NCBI RefSeq assembly: GCF_001457595.1
Contig: NZ_LN831039.1
Span: 6,870,001 to 6,902,000, forward strand
DNA: 32,000 bases
Direction of reading: 5' to 3'
From: Mycolicibacterium smegmatis
GTDB lineage: Bacteria; Actinomycetota; Actinomycetes; Mycobacteriales; Mycobacteriaceae
The notes under the pieces were generated by a model, which was given only the letters and a program-made list of their open reading frames with translations, did no database searches and was not told the DNA's origin. Each line of letters opens with the position of its first letter. The first letter of the stretch is position 1. The position numbers and the translations under genes were made by a program. Below, one piece after another: positions 18,061 through 25,657 of the stretch.

Positions 18061-19122
18061 TCAGGGCCGATCGGACCGGCGCAACGCAGCGATCCGGTCC
18101 AGGTACTCGGCGTACTGCTCGCCGTATTTGTCGATGACCGACTTGGTGGCCGCGCGCCAGGGCGCGATGTCGTCGACGCGGGTGATCGTCACCCCCGCCT
18201 CGCGCAGCTTCTGCATGTCGGCGTCGACCTGCTCGTTCCACTTCTTTCGCTGGTACGGCACCGCGTCGAAGGCGGCCTGCTGCAACAGGTTCTGGTCCTC
18301 GGTGGGCAGATCCTCCCACACGCTTCGGTTGACGATGAGGATCTCGGCCACGCGCATGTGTTCGTCGAGCGTGAAGTTCGGCGCGACCTCGTAGTGCGAC
18401 GCCGAGAAGTAGCTCGGTGCGTTGTTCTCCGCCCCGTCGAGAAGACCGCTCTGCAACGAACTGTAGACCTCGCCGTAGTTCATCGGTGTCGGAGAGCCGC
18501 CGAGCGCGCTGATGAAATCCATGATCACCGCTGCCTGTTGCACGCGGAACTTGAGCCCGCGCACGTCCTCGGGTGTGGTGATCACCCGGTCGGTCGTGTA
18601 GAAGCTGCGCGCGCCCGGATCGAAGTAGCAGAGCCCCTTGAACCCGGCACGGTCCAACTCGCCGAGCAGCTTGCGGCCCCCGTCCTCGGCATCGAGGAAC
18701 CGCCACATGTGGTCGGCGTCATCGAAGATGAACGGCAGGCCGAACAGTCCCATGGGACCGGCGAACTCGGCCATCGGCGCGGAGCTCACCCGGGTCATCT
18801 CGATGACGCCCAGTTGGACCTGCTCGATGATGTCGGACTCCTCGCCAAGGCGTCCGCCGGCATAGACCTGGATATCGATGCGACCGCCGCTACGTTCCCG
18901 GACCAGGTCGGCGAACCGCTTGTCACCGAGGGTGGTGGGGTAGTTCTCGGGGTGGGTCTCGGCTAGGCGGAACCGGTGCTGCGCCCCTGTCCCGCTTCCG
19001 CCAATTCCGCAGGCGGCCAAGGGAACTGCGGCCAGCGACGCGGCCGCAGCAGCGCCGGCCTTGAGTGCGGTGCGCCGACTGAACGCTGTGGGGCGCCGGA
19101 TCTGAGCGGTCATGATTCCCAC
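18061..19122 (-). CDS. dctP: TRAP transporter substrate-binding protein (DctP family), predicted Tat-exported lipoprotein
   Basis: 353 aa. The N-terminus carries a twin-arginine motif SRRTALKAG followed by the lipobox LAAC-G. The mature part has the DctP-family layout. It sits 3 nt downstream of the large permease gene. Confidence 0.88.
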   Translation of the reverse strand: MGIMTAQIRRPTAFSRRTALKAGAAAAASLAAVPLAACGIGGSGTGAQHRFRLAETHPENYPTTLGDKRFADLVRERSGGRIDIQVYAGGRLGEESDIIEQVQLGVIEMTRVSSAPMAEFAGPMGLFGLPFIFDDADHMWRFLDAEDGGRKLLGELDRAGFKGLCYFDPGARSFYTTDRVITTPEDVRGLKFRVQQAAVIMDFISALGGSPTPMNYGEVYSSLQSGLLDGAENNAPSYFSASHYEVAPNFTLDEHMRVAEILIVNRSVWEDLPTEDQNLLQQAAFDAVPYQRKKWNEQVDADMQKLREAGVTITRVDDIAPWRAATKSVIDKYGEQYAEYLDRIAALRRSDRP

Positions 19123-19125
19123 TTT

Positions 19126-20421
19126 CTAGAGGCCGAGCAGGCCCGGTAGGGCCAGGGACAACTGCGGCAGGAACGTGATGAGCAGGAGCACCAAGAGCAT
19201 GGGGACCAGGAACACCGGGAGTGCCCGTGAGACCTTCTCGATCGAGATCTGGCCGATCGCAGCCCCGACGAACAGGACGTTGCCGACCGGCGGCGTGATG
19301 AGACCGATGGCGAGGTTGAGCAGCAGCATGATGCCGAACTGGACCGGGTCCATCCCGATACTCGTGGCGACCGGCAGCAGGATCGGCGTCATGATCAAGA
19401 TCAGTGGTGCCATGTCCATCACGGCGCCGAGCGCGAGCAGCAGCAGGTTGATCACCAGCAGGATGACGATCTTGTTGTCCGAGAGGCCCAATAGTGCTTG
19501 GGTGACCGCCTCGGGGACCTGGAGGAAGGTCAGGAAATACCCGAACGCCCCGGCCGCCGCGATGATGAACAGCACGATCCCGAGCGTTCGTGCGGTGCGC
19601 TGGAGGATCGGGATGAAGCCCGACAGCGGGATGTCGCGGTACACGAAGAAGGTCAGGAAGAAGGCGTAGACACAGCCGATGGCCGCGGACTCGGTCGCGG
19701 TGAAGATGCCACTGAGGATTCCGCCGAGGATGATCACCGGCATCAGCAGGCTCAGCAGCCCTTCCCACACGATGCGTGGGACCTCACTGACCGGGACGAG
19801 GGTCTCCTTGGGGTACCCACGGCGGACGGCGAGCAGGTAGGCCAGCACCAGAAGCGACAAGCCGATCAGCAGACCGGGGACGATGCCTGCGACGAACAGG
19901 GCACCGATCGACACCCCGCCCGCGGCCATCGAGAAGATCACCAGGTTGTGGCTGGGCGGAATCATCACGGCCTGAGCGGCTCCGGTGATGGTCACGCAGA
20001 CGGCGTAATCGGCGTCGTACCCTTTCTGTTTCATCATCGGGATGGTCGCCGACCCGATGGCCGAGACGTCGGCGACCGACGAACCCGATAGTGCACCGAA
20101 GAAGGTGCTGGAACCGATGTTGATCATCGCCAGGCCGCCGCGCAGCCAGCCGACGAACAGACTCGCGAACGCGATCAGTCGCCGGGAGATCCCGCCGGCG
20201 GCCATGATCTCGCCCCCGAGGATGAAGAACGGGATGGCGAGCAGCGCGAAGATGTCGAGGCCCGCGACCATCCGCTGCCCGACGATGGGCAGCGGCAGGT
20301 CGAGATAGAACGCCTCGAAAACCGCCGCCAGCGCCAGCGCCAGGGCGATCGGGATGCGCAGCAGGATGAGCACGGCGAATCCTCCGATGAGGATTCCCAC
20401 AGCGATGGGGTCGATGGACAC
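19126..20421 (-). CDS. dctM: TRAP transporter large permease subunit (DctM family)
   Basis: 431 aa, polytopic and very hydrophobic. The length and Gly/Pro-rich helix pattern are typical of DctM, and it lies between the DctQ-like and DctP-like genes. Confidence 0.9.
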   Translation of the reverse strand: MSIDPIAVGILIGGFAVLILLRIPIALALALAAVFEAFYLDLPLPIVGQRMVAGLDIFALLAIPFFILGGEIMAAGGISRRLIAFASLFVGWLRGGLAMINIGSSTFFGALSGSSVADVSAIGSATIPMMKQKGYDADYAVCVTITGAAQAVMIPPSHNLVIFSMAAGGVSIGALFVAGIVPGLLIGLSLLVLAYLLAVRRGYPKETLVPVSEVPRIVWEGLLSLLMPVIILGGILSGIFTATESAAIGCVYAFFLTFFVYRDIPLSGFIPILQRTARTLGIVLFIIAAAGAFGYFLTFLQVPEAVTQALLGLSDNKIVILLVINLLLLALGAVMDMAPLILIMTPILLPVATSIGMDPVQFGIMLLLNLAIGLITPPVGNVLFVGAAIGQISIEKVSRALPVFLVPMLLVLLLITFLPQLSLALPGLLGL

Positions 20422-20433
20422 GCGAACTCCAGC

Positions 20434-20943
20434 TCAGTCGATGGGGGCGTCGTCGGCCGGTGTCCCCAGGTAGCGCTGGGTTTTCACACCGAAGACCTGC
20501 AGGACGGTGTAGAGGCAGATCATCGCCCCGGCCACGGGCAGCACCACGTAGAGGACGCTGCGCGGTAGTCCGGTGCCGGGCAGCGTCGCAAAACGGGTGG
20601 CCGCGGCGAAGCTGATGCCCTGGTAGATGAGGTAGAGCCCGAACAACAACGCCAGCAGTGGGCTCAGCCACTCGACGATCCGCCTCGTCGCGGGCGGGAA
20701 TCGGTCGACGACGAACGTCAGCGCGATGTGCGCCCCCTCGCGGAAGCCGAGGGCGGTCATGAGAAACCCGATCCACACCATGAGGATTCGCGCGGTCTCC
20801 TCGGTCCAGCCGGGCGTGCTGCCGAGGACCTGTCTGTCCCACACCTGCCAAAGGACCACCAGGAGAACGGCACAGAGACACAGCAGGACCAAGGCCTCGA
20901 ACACGGTGTCCAGCCCACGCCAAATCTGTTTCAGGAGTGTCAT
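20434..20943 (-). CDS. dctQ: TRAP transporter small permease subunit (DctQ family)
   Basis: 169 aa from internal ATG 20943 (MTLLKQIWRGLDTVFEALVLLCL...). It has about four hydrophobic helices and lies 12 nt upstream of the dctM-like gene. The track start at 21141 adds an Arg/Pro/Cys-rich extension that overlaps the upstream gene and was rejected. Confidence 0.85.
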   Translation of the reverse strand: MTLLKQIWRGLDTVFEALVLLCLCAVLLVVLWQVWDRQVLGSTPGWTEETARILMVWIGFLMTALGFREGAHIALTFVVDRFPPATRRIVEWLSPLLALLFGLYLIYQGISFAAATRFATLPGTGLPRSVLYVVLPVAGAMICLYTVLQVFGVKTQRYLGTPADDAPID

Positions 20944-20950
20944 CGTTCTC

Positions 20951-22105
20951 TCAGATCCTTGATGTCGTCGGGGCCGACCGTGCCGCCTCGCCGAGCAGGT
21001 GCCTGCGGTCCGGTCCAGCGAGCCCGAGATGGTAGAGATGCAGCTCGCGGGCCCCGGCCTCCAGAAGAGCCGCGACGTGCGGCCCGAACGAGTCCTCGGT
21101 GGTCGGCGGCAGCACGGTGATGTACGACGCAGGCACGGCACGCCCGTCGAGGGCCTTCACCAGGTCGCGGACCGTCTCGATCGAACTGCCACCGGTTGCC
21201 CAGCACTGCGATACCACCACATCGACGTCGTCGGCCGCCGTCGGCGTCAAGCCGGGTAGAGCTCCGGTCGCCCACGGGTCGGGCTGTGCGTGCAAGGCGA
21301 TCTCCAGCGGCGCGACTGTTCGCACGGCGTCGATCACTCTGTGCCGCAACATATCCGTGGCCGCATGCCGGATCGCCAGGAGCGTGTCCAGGACGGTGTG
21401 GTCGGGTGCACCGGCGCGCAGGCTCGCGACGATCCGGTCCGGGTCGAGGCCCCGAGCCCGCCAGGTGTCTCGGCAGGCAACGCAGCAGCAGATCGACAGC
21501 AGCCGTTGGGTTTCCGCGTCGTAGGCGCCCTCGGTCTTTTCGTGGTGCCCGCCGTGCACGATGCCGAGCTGGCCACAGGCCTCCAGCACGACCGAGGAGC
21601 AAGGCACGCCACGCACCGCCTCGGCAGCCAACGTGGCGGCGTACTCGCGCACCTCGGCTGACTGCGGGCAGAGTGCGTAGGGATACGGCTCGCCGAAACA
21701 GTTCACCACGGCCACATCGGGATTCGCCTCGCCGAGCCGAGTGGAGTGGGTCAGCACGATCCACGCGGCCACCTCGATCCCGGCGTCGATCAGTATGGCG
21801 GCGGCGTGGCCGAACGGGTCGTCATCGTTCACCCAATCCGCGGGCGCGGGCACCAGCCGTCGATTCGGCCAGGCCTCGGGGCGTATCGGCCGGTACAAGG
21901 CGGCGTGGCGCGCGGTGACCAGCCGGGTGCGCGGGTGCAGCGGAGTCGCGGCCCGGGTGGAGTGGTACGCCGCGGCAAGCGCGACCCGCGAGATTCCGAG
22001 TGCCCGGGCTCGGTCGACGAAACCCGGGTCTCCGATGACATCCCACGGATAGGCATATCCGACCACACGCGCCGAACCACCGGGCTCGCGATCGGTTGCC
22101 GTCAT
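20951..22105 (-). CDS. Uncharacterised 384-aa cytoplasmic protein, first gene of the TRAP operon
   Basis: Balanced composition. The stop is 7 nt before the dctQ-like start. Overlapping alternative frames are Arg-rich junk. Notable strings are GYAYPWDVIGDPGF, HGGHHEK, and the Cys cluster SICCCVACRD with further Cys at CFGEPYPYALC and LEACG. There is no signal peptide or TM segment. I could not place it in a named family. An alternating beta/alpha (TIM-barrel-like) impression is only a guess. Confidence 0.75.
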   Translation of the reverse strand: MTATDREPGGSARVVGYAYPWDVIGDPGFVDRARALGISRVALAAAYHSTRAATPLHPRTRLVTARHAALYRPIRPEAWPNRRLVPAPADWVNDDDPFGHAAAILIDAGIEVAAWIVLTHSTRLGEANPDVAVVNCFGEPYPYALCPQSAEVREYAATLAAEAVRGVPCSSVVLEACGQLGIVHGGHHEKTEGAYDAETQRLLSICCCVACRDTWRARGLDPDRIVASLRAGAPDHTVLDTLLAIRHAATDMLRHRVIDAVRTVAPLEIALHAQPDPWATGALPGLTPTAADDVDVVVSQCWATGGSSIETVRDLVKALDGRAVPASYITVLPPTTEDSFGPHVAALLEAGARELHLYHLGLAGPDRRHLLGEAARSAPTTSRI

Positions 22106-22287
22106 CGTGCTCCTGAGTGTCGCGGGATACTCAACCGCCCTTATATGACGCGGGCCACATCACATTGGCACTCCGACAAATCGCTGTCCAAACCCAATTT
22201 CGCATCGATCGATACGCTCATTGCATCAATTTGCCGGCACGATCCCCGGTGTTGGATCTGCAGTTCGGCGAGGAGTTTCCCGCGAGG

Positions 22288-23535
22288 TCAGAGCCTGCCG
22301 ACGATGCGCTCCGGGGTCACGCGTACGACGGTCATCGCGACATCCCCGTAACGGGCGGCGGCGTCGGCGTTACCCTCGGCGTAGGTCTTCCCGGTGTACT
22401 TGACTGCCAACGCATCTCGCAGTTGGTGGCCACCTTCGGTGTGCAGCGTCGCCTTGCCGTGAATCACGGCATATGTGTACGGCTCGTCGGGCGGGCTGAG
22501 CAGAATGCTCACCCGCGGGTCACGCCGCAGGTTGCGTTCCTTGCGGCTGCCTGTCGCAACCGCGAACAACACGTCGTCGCCGTCGCGGCCGACCCAGACC
22601 ACCGACTGCTGCGGTGCACCGTCGGGGTCGATGGTGGCCACCGTCCCGAACACCGGTGCGTCGAGCACCTGACGGAGCCGGGCCGGTGACACGCCCATGG
22701 CAGCCGACGCCAGCGAGCTCAGCAGCACGGTGGTCTGGTCGTACAACCGGTCAGCGAGTGCCGCGTCGAACGCCGGGCCGTGCACATCAATGGGCCTACC
22801 CTCCACGACCGCGGTCAGCGGCTCCGCTGGAGGATGATCCAGGATGTCGAGGATCGGCACGATCGCGTCTTCGACCGGTTGCGCCGTCGCGCGTATCTGC
22901 TCGATCCGGTCCGCCGTGGCCGCGTCGTACTCACCGGAGAACCCGGTGTTCACCACACCCGGGTGCACCAACACGTACCGCGTCTTCGGCGACACCCGCC
23001 TGCGGGCGAAGCCGACCCCCAGCAGATCGTTGAGCTGGCCGCCTTGGGCGAGAATGCGCTGCGGCTCGTAGTCGTGCTCGCCGCCCAGATCGTCCCAGCG
23101 GATCGAATCCGTGCCGCTGCCAGGGCCGCTCACATTCAGGATGACCGGCGCCTCGGCCGCGTCCAGCAGGCCCACCAAGCGGTGGCTGAGCACGAATCGG
23201 CTCAGGTAGTACAGCGCGAAGGTGTGCTCCAGACCCTCGGCAGTCACTGCCCGTGTGGTCCGGAAATGCCGAGCGCACAGCACCAGTCCGTCGATCTCGG
23301 AGATGCAGTTGCCGATCTCGTCGATCGCTCGGCGGGTCTGGCTCACCAGGCTGAGGTCGGCGACCACGAAGTGCGCCCGGTCGACAGCACCGATATCGGC
23401 CGCGGAATCGAGGAATGCCTGGCCTTTCGCGGTGTCACGCCCGATCACCACGACCTCATGTCCGAGCTTCAACCGGTTCGCCGCAATCGCCTTGCCGATG
23501 CCGTCGGTACCACCGGAAATGACAAACGTCCCCAC
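22288..23535 (-). CDS. Two-domain fusion: N-terminal SDR-fold domain plus C-terminal PPOX-class F420-dependent (pyridoxamine-5'-phosphate-oxidase-like) domain
   Basis: 415 aa. The N-terminus has the Rossmann motif ISGGTDGIGKA, then ADLS, NVSG and HPGVVNTGF. The C-terminal ~135 aa (VFGTVATIDPDGAPQQSVVWVGRDGDDVLFAVATGSRKERNLRRDPRVSILL...YAVIHGKATL...VVRVTPERI) match the remembered TIGR03618/Rv1155-like PPOX pattern. Confidence 0.85.
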   Translation of the reverse strand: MGTFVISGGTDGIGKAIAANRLKLGHEVVVIGRDTAKGQAFLDSAADIGAVDRAHFVVADLSLVSQTRRAIDEIGNCISEIDGLVLCARHFRTTRAVTAEGLEHTFALYYLSRFVLSHRLVGLLDAAEAPVILNVSGPGSGTDSIRWDDLGGEHDYEPQRILAQGGQLNDLLGVGFARRRVSPKTRYVLVHPGVVNTGFSGEYDAATADRIEQIRATAQPVEDAIVPILDILDHPPAEPLTAVVEGRPIDVHGPAFDAALADRLYDQTTVLLSSLASAAMGVSPARLRQVLDAPVFGTVATIDPDGAPQQSVVWVGRDGDDVLFAVATGSRKERNLRRDPRVSILLSPPDEPYTYAVIHGKATLHTEGGHQLRDALAVKYTGKTYAEGNADAAARYGDVAMTVVRVTPERIVGRL

Positions 23536-23580
23536 TGACTGACTCCCTTGTCCGCGACCCCTTTACGGGAGCTACATGGA

Positions 23581-24522
23581 TCAGGGGTGATCTATTCCGG
23601 GCCGGGTGCCGTGTCGGCGAGCACGGGCCCGGACTGCCTCGTCGAGCAGCGTGTCCGCCAATCGTGCCGTTGCCGGCGTCATGCGATCAGCCGGCGGCGA
23701 GGCCAGGTACACCTGCCATATCACCGCGATCTCCAACGTCACGGCGGTCAGATTGCCGAGTCGACGGGCTTCGGATGCCGGCATGAGTGCCGTGCCGAGG
23801 CCATTGGCGACCAGGTCGGCGACGGCGGCGAAGCCCGCGGGAACCTCATACTGGGTGCGCGCCTGCACCCCCGCCGCACGGAACGCATCGTCGGTCAGAC
23901 GGCGCAGTCCGAACTCTGGAGGAAATCCCACGAGATCCTCGGTTCCGAGTACATCCAGGCTTACGCGTCGTCGCCTTGCGACCGGGTGGTCGGGTCGGCA
24001 GACGAACACCATCGGCTCCTCGAACAGCAGCCGCATCTCGAGTTGTGGTGGAAATCGGTTGGGTACGGAGATCAGCGCCAGGTCCAGGGATCCTTCGATC
24101 AAGGCGGACAGGTACGCGGAGGCACCGGATTGGCTCAGCCGTAGGCGTAGCCGAACGTGCGGGTGTGCGCGGTGAAAGTCACCGAGCGCACGGGCCACGT
24201 CCATCGGACCGAAGGAGATCAGCGAGCCGAAATCGACTGTGCCCGAGAGTTCACCGCGAAATTCGCTGACCACGTCAACAGCATTTCGGGCTTCGCGCAG
24301 CACGCCGAGGGCGTATGTACGGAACCGGTCCCCCGCGGCGGTGAGGCTGATTTGCTGCCGTGTGCGGTCGAAGAGTTCGACCCCGAGTTCGCGTTCCAGT
24401 TTGGCCACTGAACTCGACAGTGCCGATTGCACGACATGCACACGCTGGGCGGCGCGGGTGAAGCTCAGCTCCTCGGCAACGGCGACGAAGTGTTCCAACT
24501 GTCGCAACTCCATACCGAACAC
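23581..24522 (-). CDS. LysR-family transcriptional regulator
   Basis: 313 aa. The HTH is LRQLEHFVAVAEELSFTRAAQRVHVVQSALSSSVAKLERELGVELFDRT. The start is GTG 24522 or ATG 24513. It lies 45 nt upstream of the SDR-PPOX gene on the same strand and divergent from the hydrolase pair. Confidence 0.9.
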   Translation of the reverse strand: MFGMELRQLEHFVAVAEELSFTRAAQRVHVVQSALSSSVAKLERELGVELFDRTRQQISLTAAGDRFRTYALGVLREARNAVDVVSEFRGELSGTVDFGSLISFGPMDVARALGDFHRAHPHVRLRLRLSQSGASAYLSALIEGSLDLALISVPNRFPPQLEMRLLFEEPMVFVCRPDHPVARRRRVSLDVLGTEDLVGFPPEFGLRRLTDDAFRAAGVQARTQYEVPAGFAAVADLVANGLGTALMPASEARRLGNLTAVTLEIAVIWQVYLASPPADRMTPATARLADTLLDEAVRARARRHGTRPGIDHP

Positions 24523-24523
24523 T

Positions 24524-24538
24524 ATCTCTCTGAGAGAT
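24524..24538. promoter_or_regulatory. Perfect 15-bp palindrome ATCTCTC-t-GAGAGAT fitting the LysR T-N11-A / ATC-N9-GAT box
   Basis: Read directly at 24524-24538. It starts 2 nt beyond the GTG of the LysR gene (11 nt beyond the alternative ATG), in the divergent region facing the hydrolase gene at 24569/24596. Confidence 0.55.
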
Positions 24539-24595
24539 GACCCTTATCTAAAACAATCGCTGGACTTGATGACACGACAGCGATGTGCTGGAGGC

Positions 24596-25657
24596 ATGAA
24601 CACAACACCGTTCGGTGACGTCGCCGGCTTCCGCGTGAGCAGAAGGCAGTTCGGCCGCATCAGCGCGATCACCGCCGGCGTGGCCACCTTGGCGGCATGT
24701 GGGTCCCCGTCGGCCCCGCAGGCGCCGACCCCTCCGTCGACGCCGGCACACGTTCTGGGCCAGGTCAATCAGCTGACTGCCGGCGATCTCGATGTCGGCT
24801 ACGTGGAAGCCGGCCCTGCCACCGGCCAACCCGTCATCCTCCTGCACGGCTGGCCCTACGACATCCACAGCTACGCCGACGTTTCGGCGCTGCTGGCCGC
24901 CCAGGGGTTCCGCGTCATCGTGCCCTATGCGCGGGGCTTCGGATCCACACGGTTCCTGTCGAAGGACACCCTCCGCAACGGACAGCAGGCCGCACTGGCG
25001 CACGACGTGCTGGCGCTGATGGATGCACTGGACATCCGGGACGCGATCCTGGCCGGATACGACTGGGGTGGACGCACCGCCAACGTGGTGGCCGCTCTGT
25101 GGCCGCAGCGCTGCAGCGGCCTGGTCGCCGTCAGCGGCTACATTGTCGTCAACCTCGCGAGCAATCTGCAGCCGCTGGCCCCACAGGCCGAGCACGGCTG
25201 GTGGTACCAGTACTACTTCGCCACACCGCGCGGTGAACGCGGCTACCGGGAGCACACCCGCGACTTCAACCGGCTGATCTGGCAGCTCGCCTCCCCGGCT
25301 TGGCAATTCAGTGACGAGGCCTACGCACAGAGCGCGGCGTCGTTCGACAACCCCGATCACGTGGAGATCGTCATCCACAACTACCGCTGGCGCCAGAGCC
25401 TGGCTGCCGGCGAACCCCGCTTCGACGCCGACGAGCAACGCCTCGCCGAGCGGCCACCCATCGTCGTCCCCACCATCACCATCGGCAGCGACTTCGATGG
25501 CGCTGCCAAGGACGGCGCAGCGTATCGCGCGCTCTACACCGGCTGGCACCAGCATCGAGTTCTCGACGGCATCGGCCACAACGTGCCACAGGAGGCACCC
25601 GAGGCCTTCGCCGCGGCCGTCGTCGACGTCCACGCCCAGAGAGGCAGCCACCGATGA
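24596..25657 (+). CDS. Epoxide-hydrolase/haloacetate-dehalogenase-type alpha/beta hydrolase, predicted Tat lipoprotein
   Basis: 353 aa from ATG 24596 (alternative ATG 24569). The Tat motif SRRQFGRI is followed by the lipobox LAAC-G. The oxyanion motif is HGWP, the Asp nucleophile elbow is GYDWGG, there is an aromatic cap (WWYQYYF), and the C-terminal motif is GIGHNVPQEAPE. The track start at 24239 is antisense to the LysR gene and was rejected. Confidence 0.85.
   Translation: MNTTPFGDVAGFRVSRRQFGRISAITAGVATLAACGSPSAPQAPTPPSTPAHVLGQVNQLTAGDLDVGYVEAGPATGQPVILLHGWPYDIHSYADVSALLAAQGFRVIVPYARGFGSTRFLSKDTLRNGQQAALAHDVLALMDALDIRDAILAGYDWGGRTANVVAALWPQRCSGLVAVSGYIVVNLASNLQPLAPQAEHGWWYQYYFATPRGERGYREHTRDFNRLIWQLASPAWQFSDEAYAQSAASFDNPDHVEIVIHNYRWRQSLAAGEPRFDADEQRLAERPPIVVPTITIGSDFDGAAKDGAAYRALYTGWHQHRVLDGIGHNVPQEAPEAFAAAVVDVHAQRGSHR

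Noticed and set aside
18923-20923. Minus-strand ORFs 18923-19768 (281 aa) and 19784-20923 (379 aa)
   Set aside because: They are alternative frames of the TRAP DctM, DctQ and DctP genes. Their translations are Arg/Pro/His-rich instead of hydrophobic.
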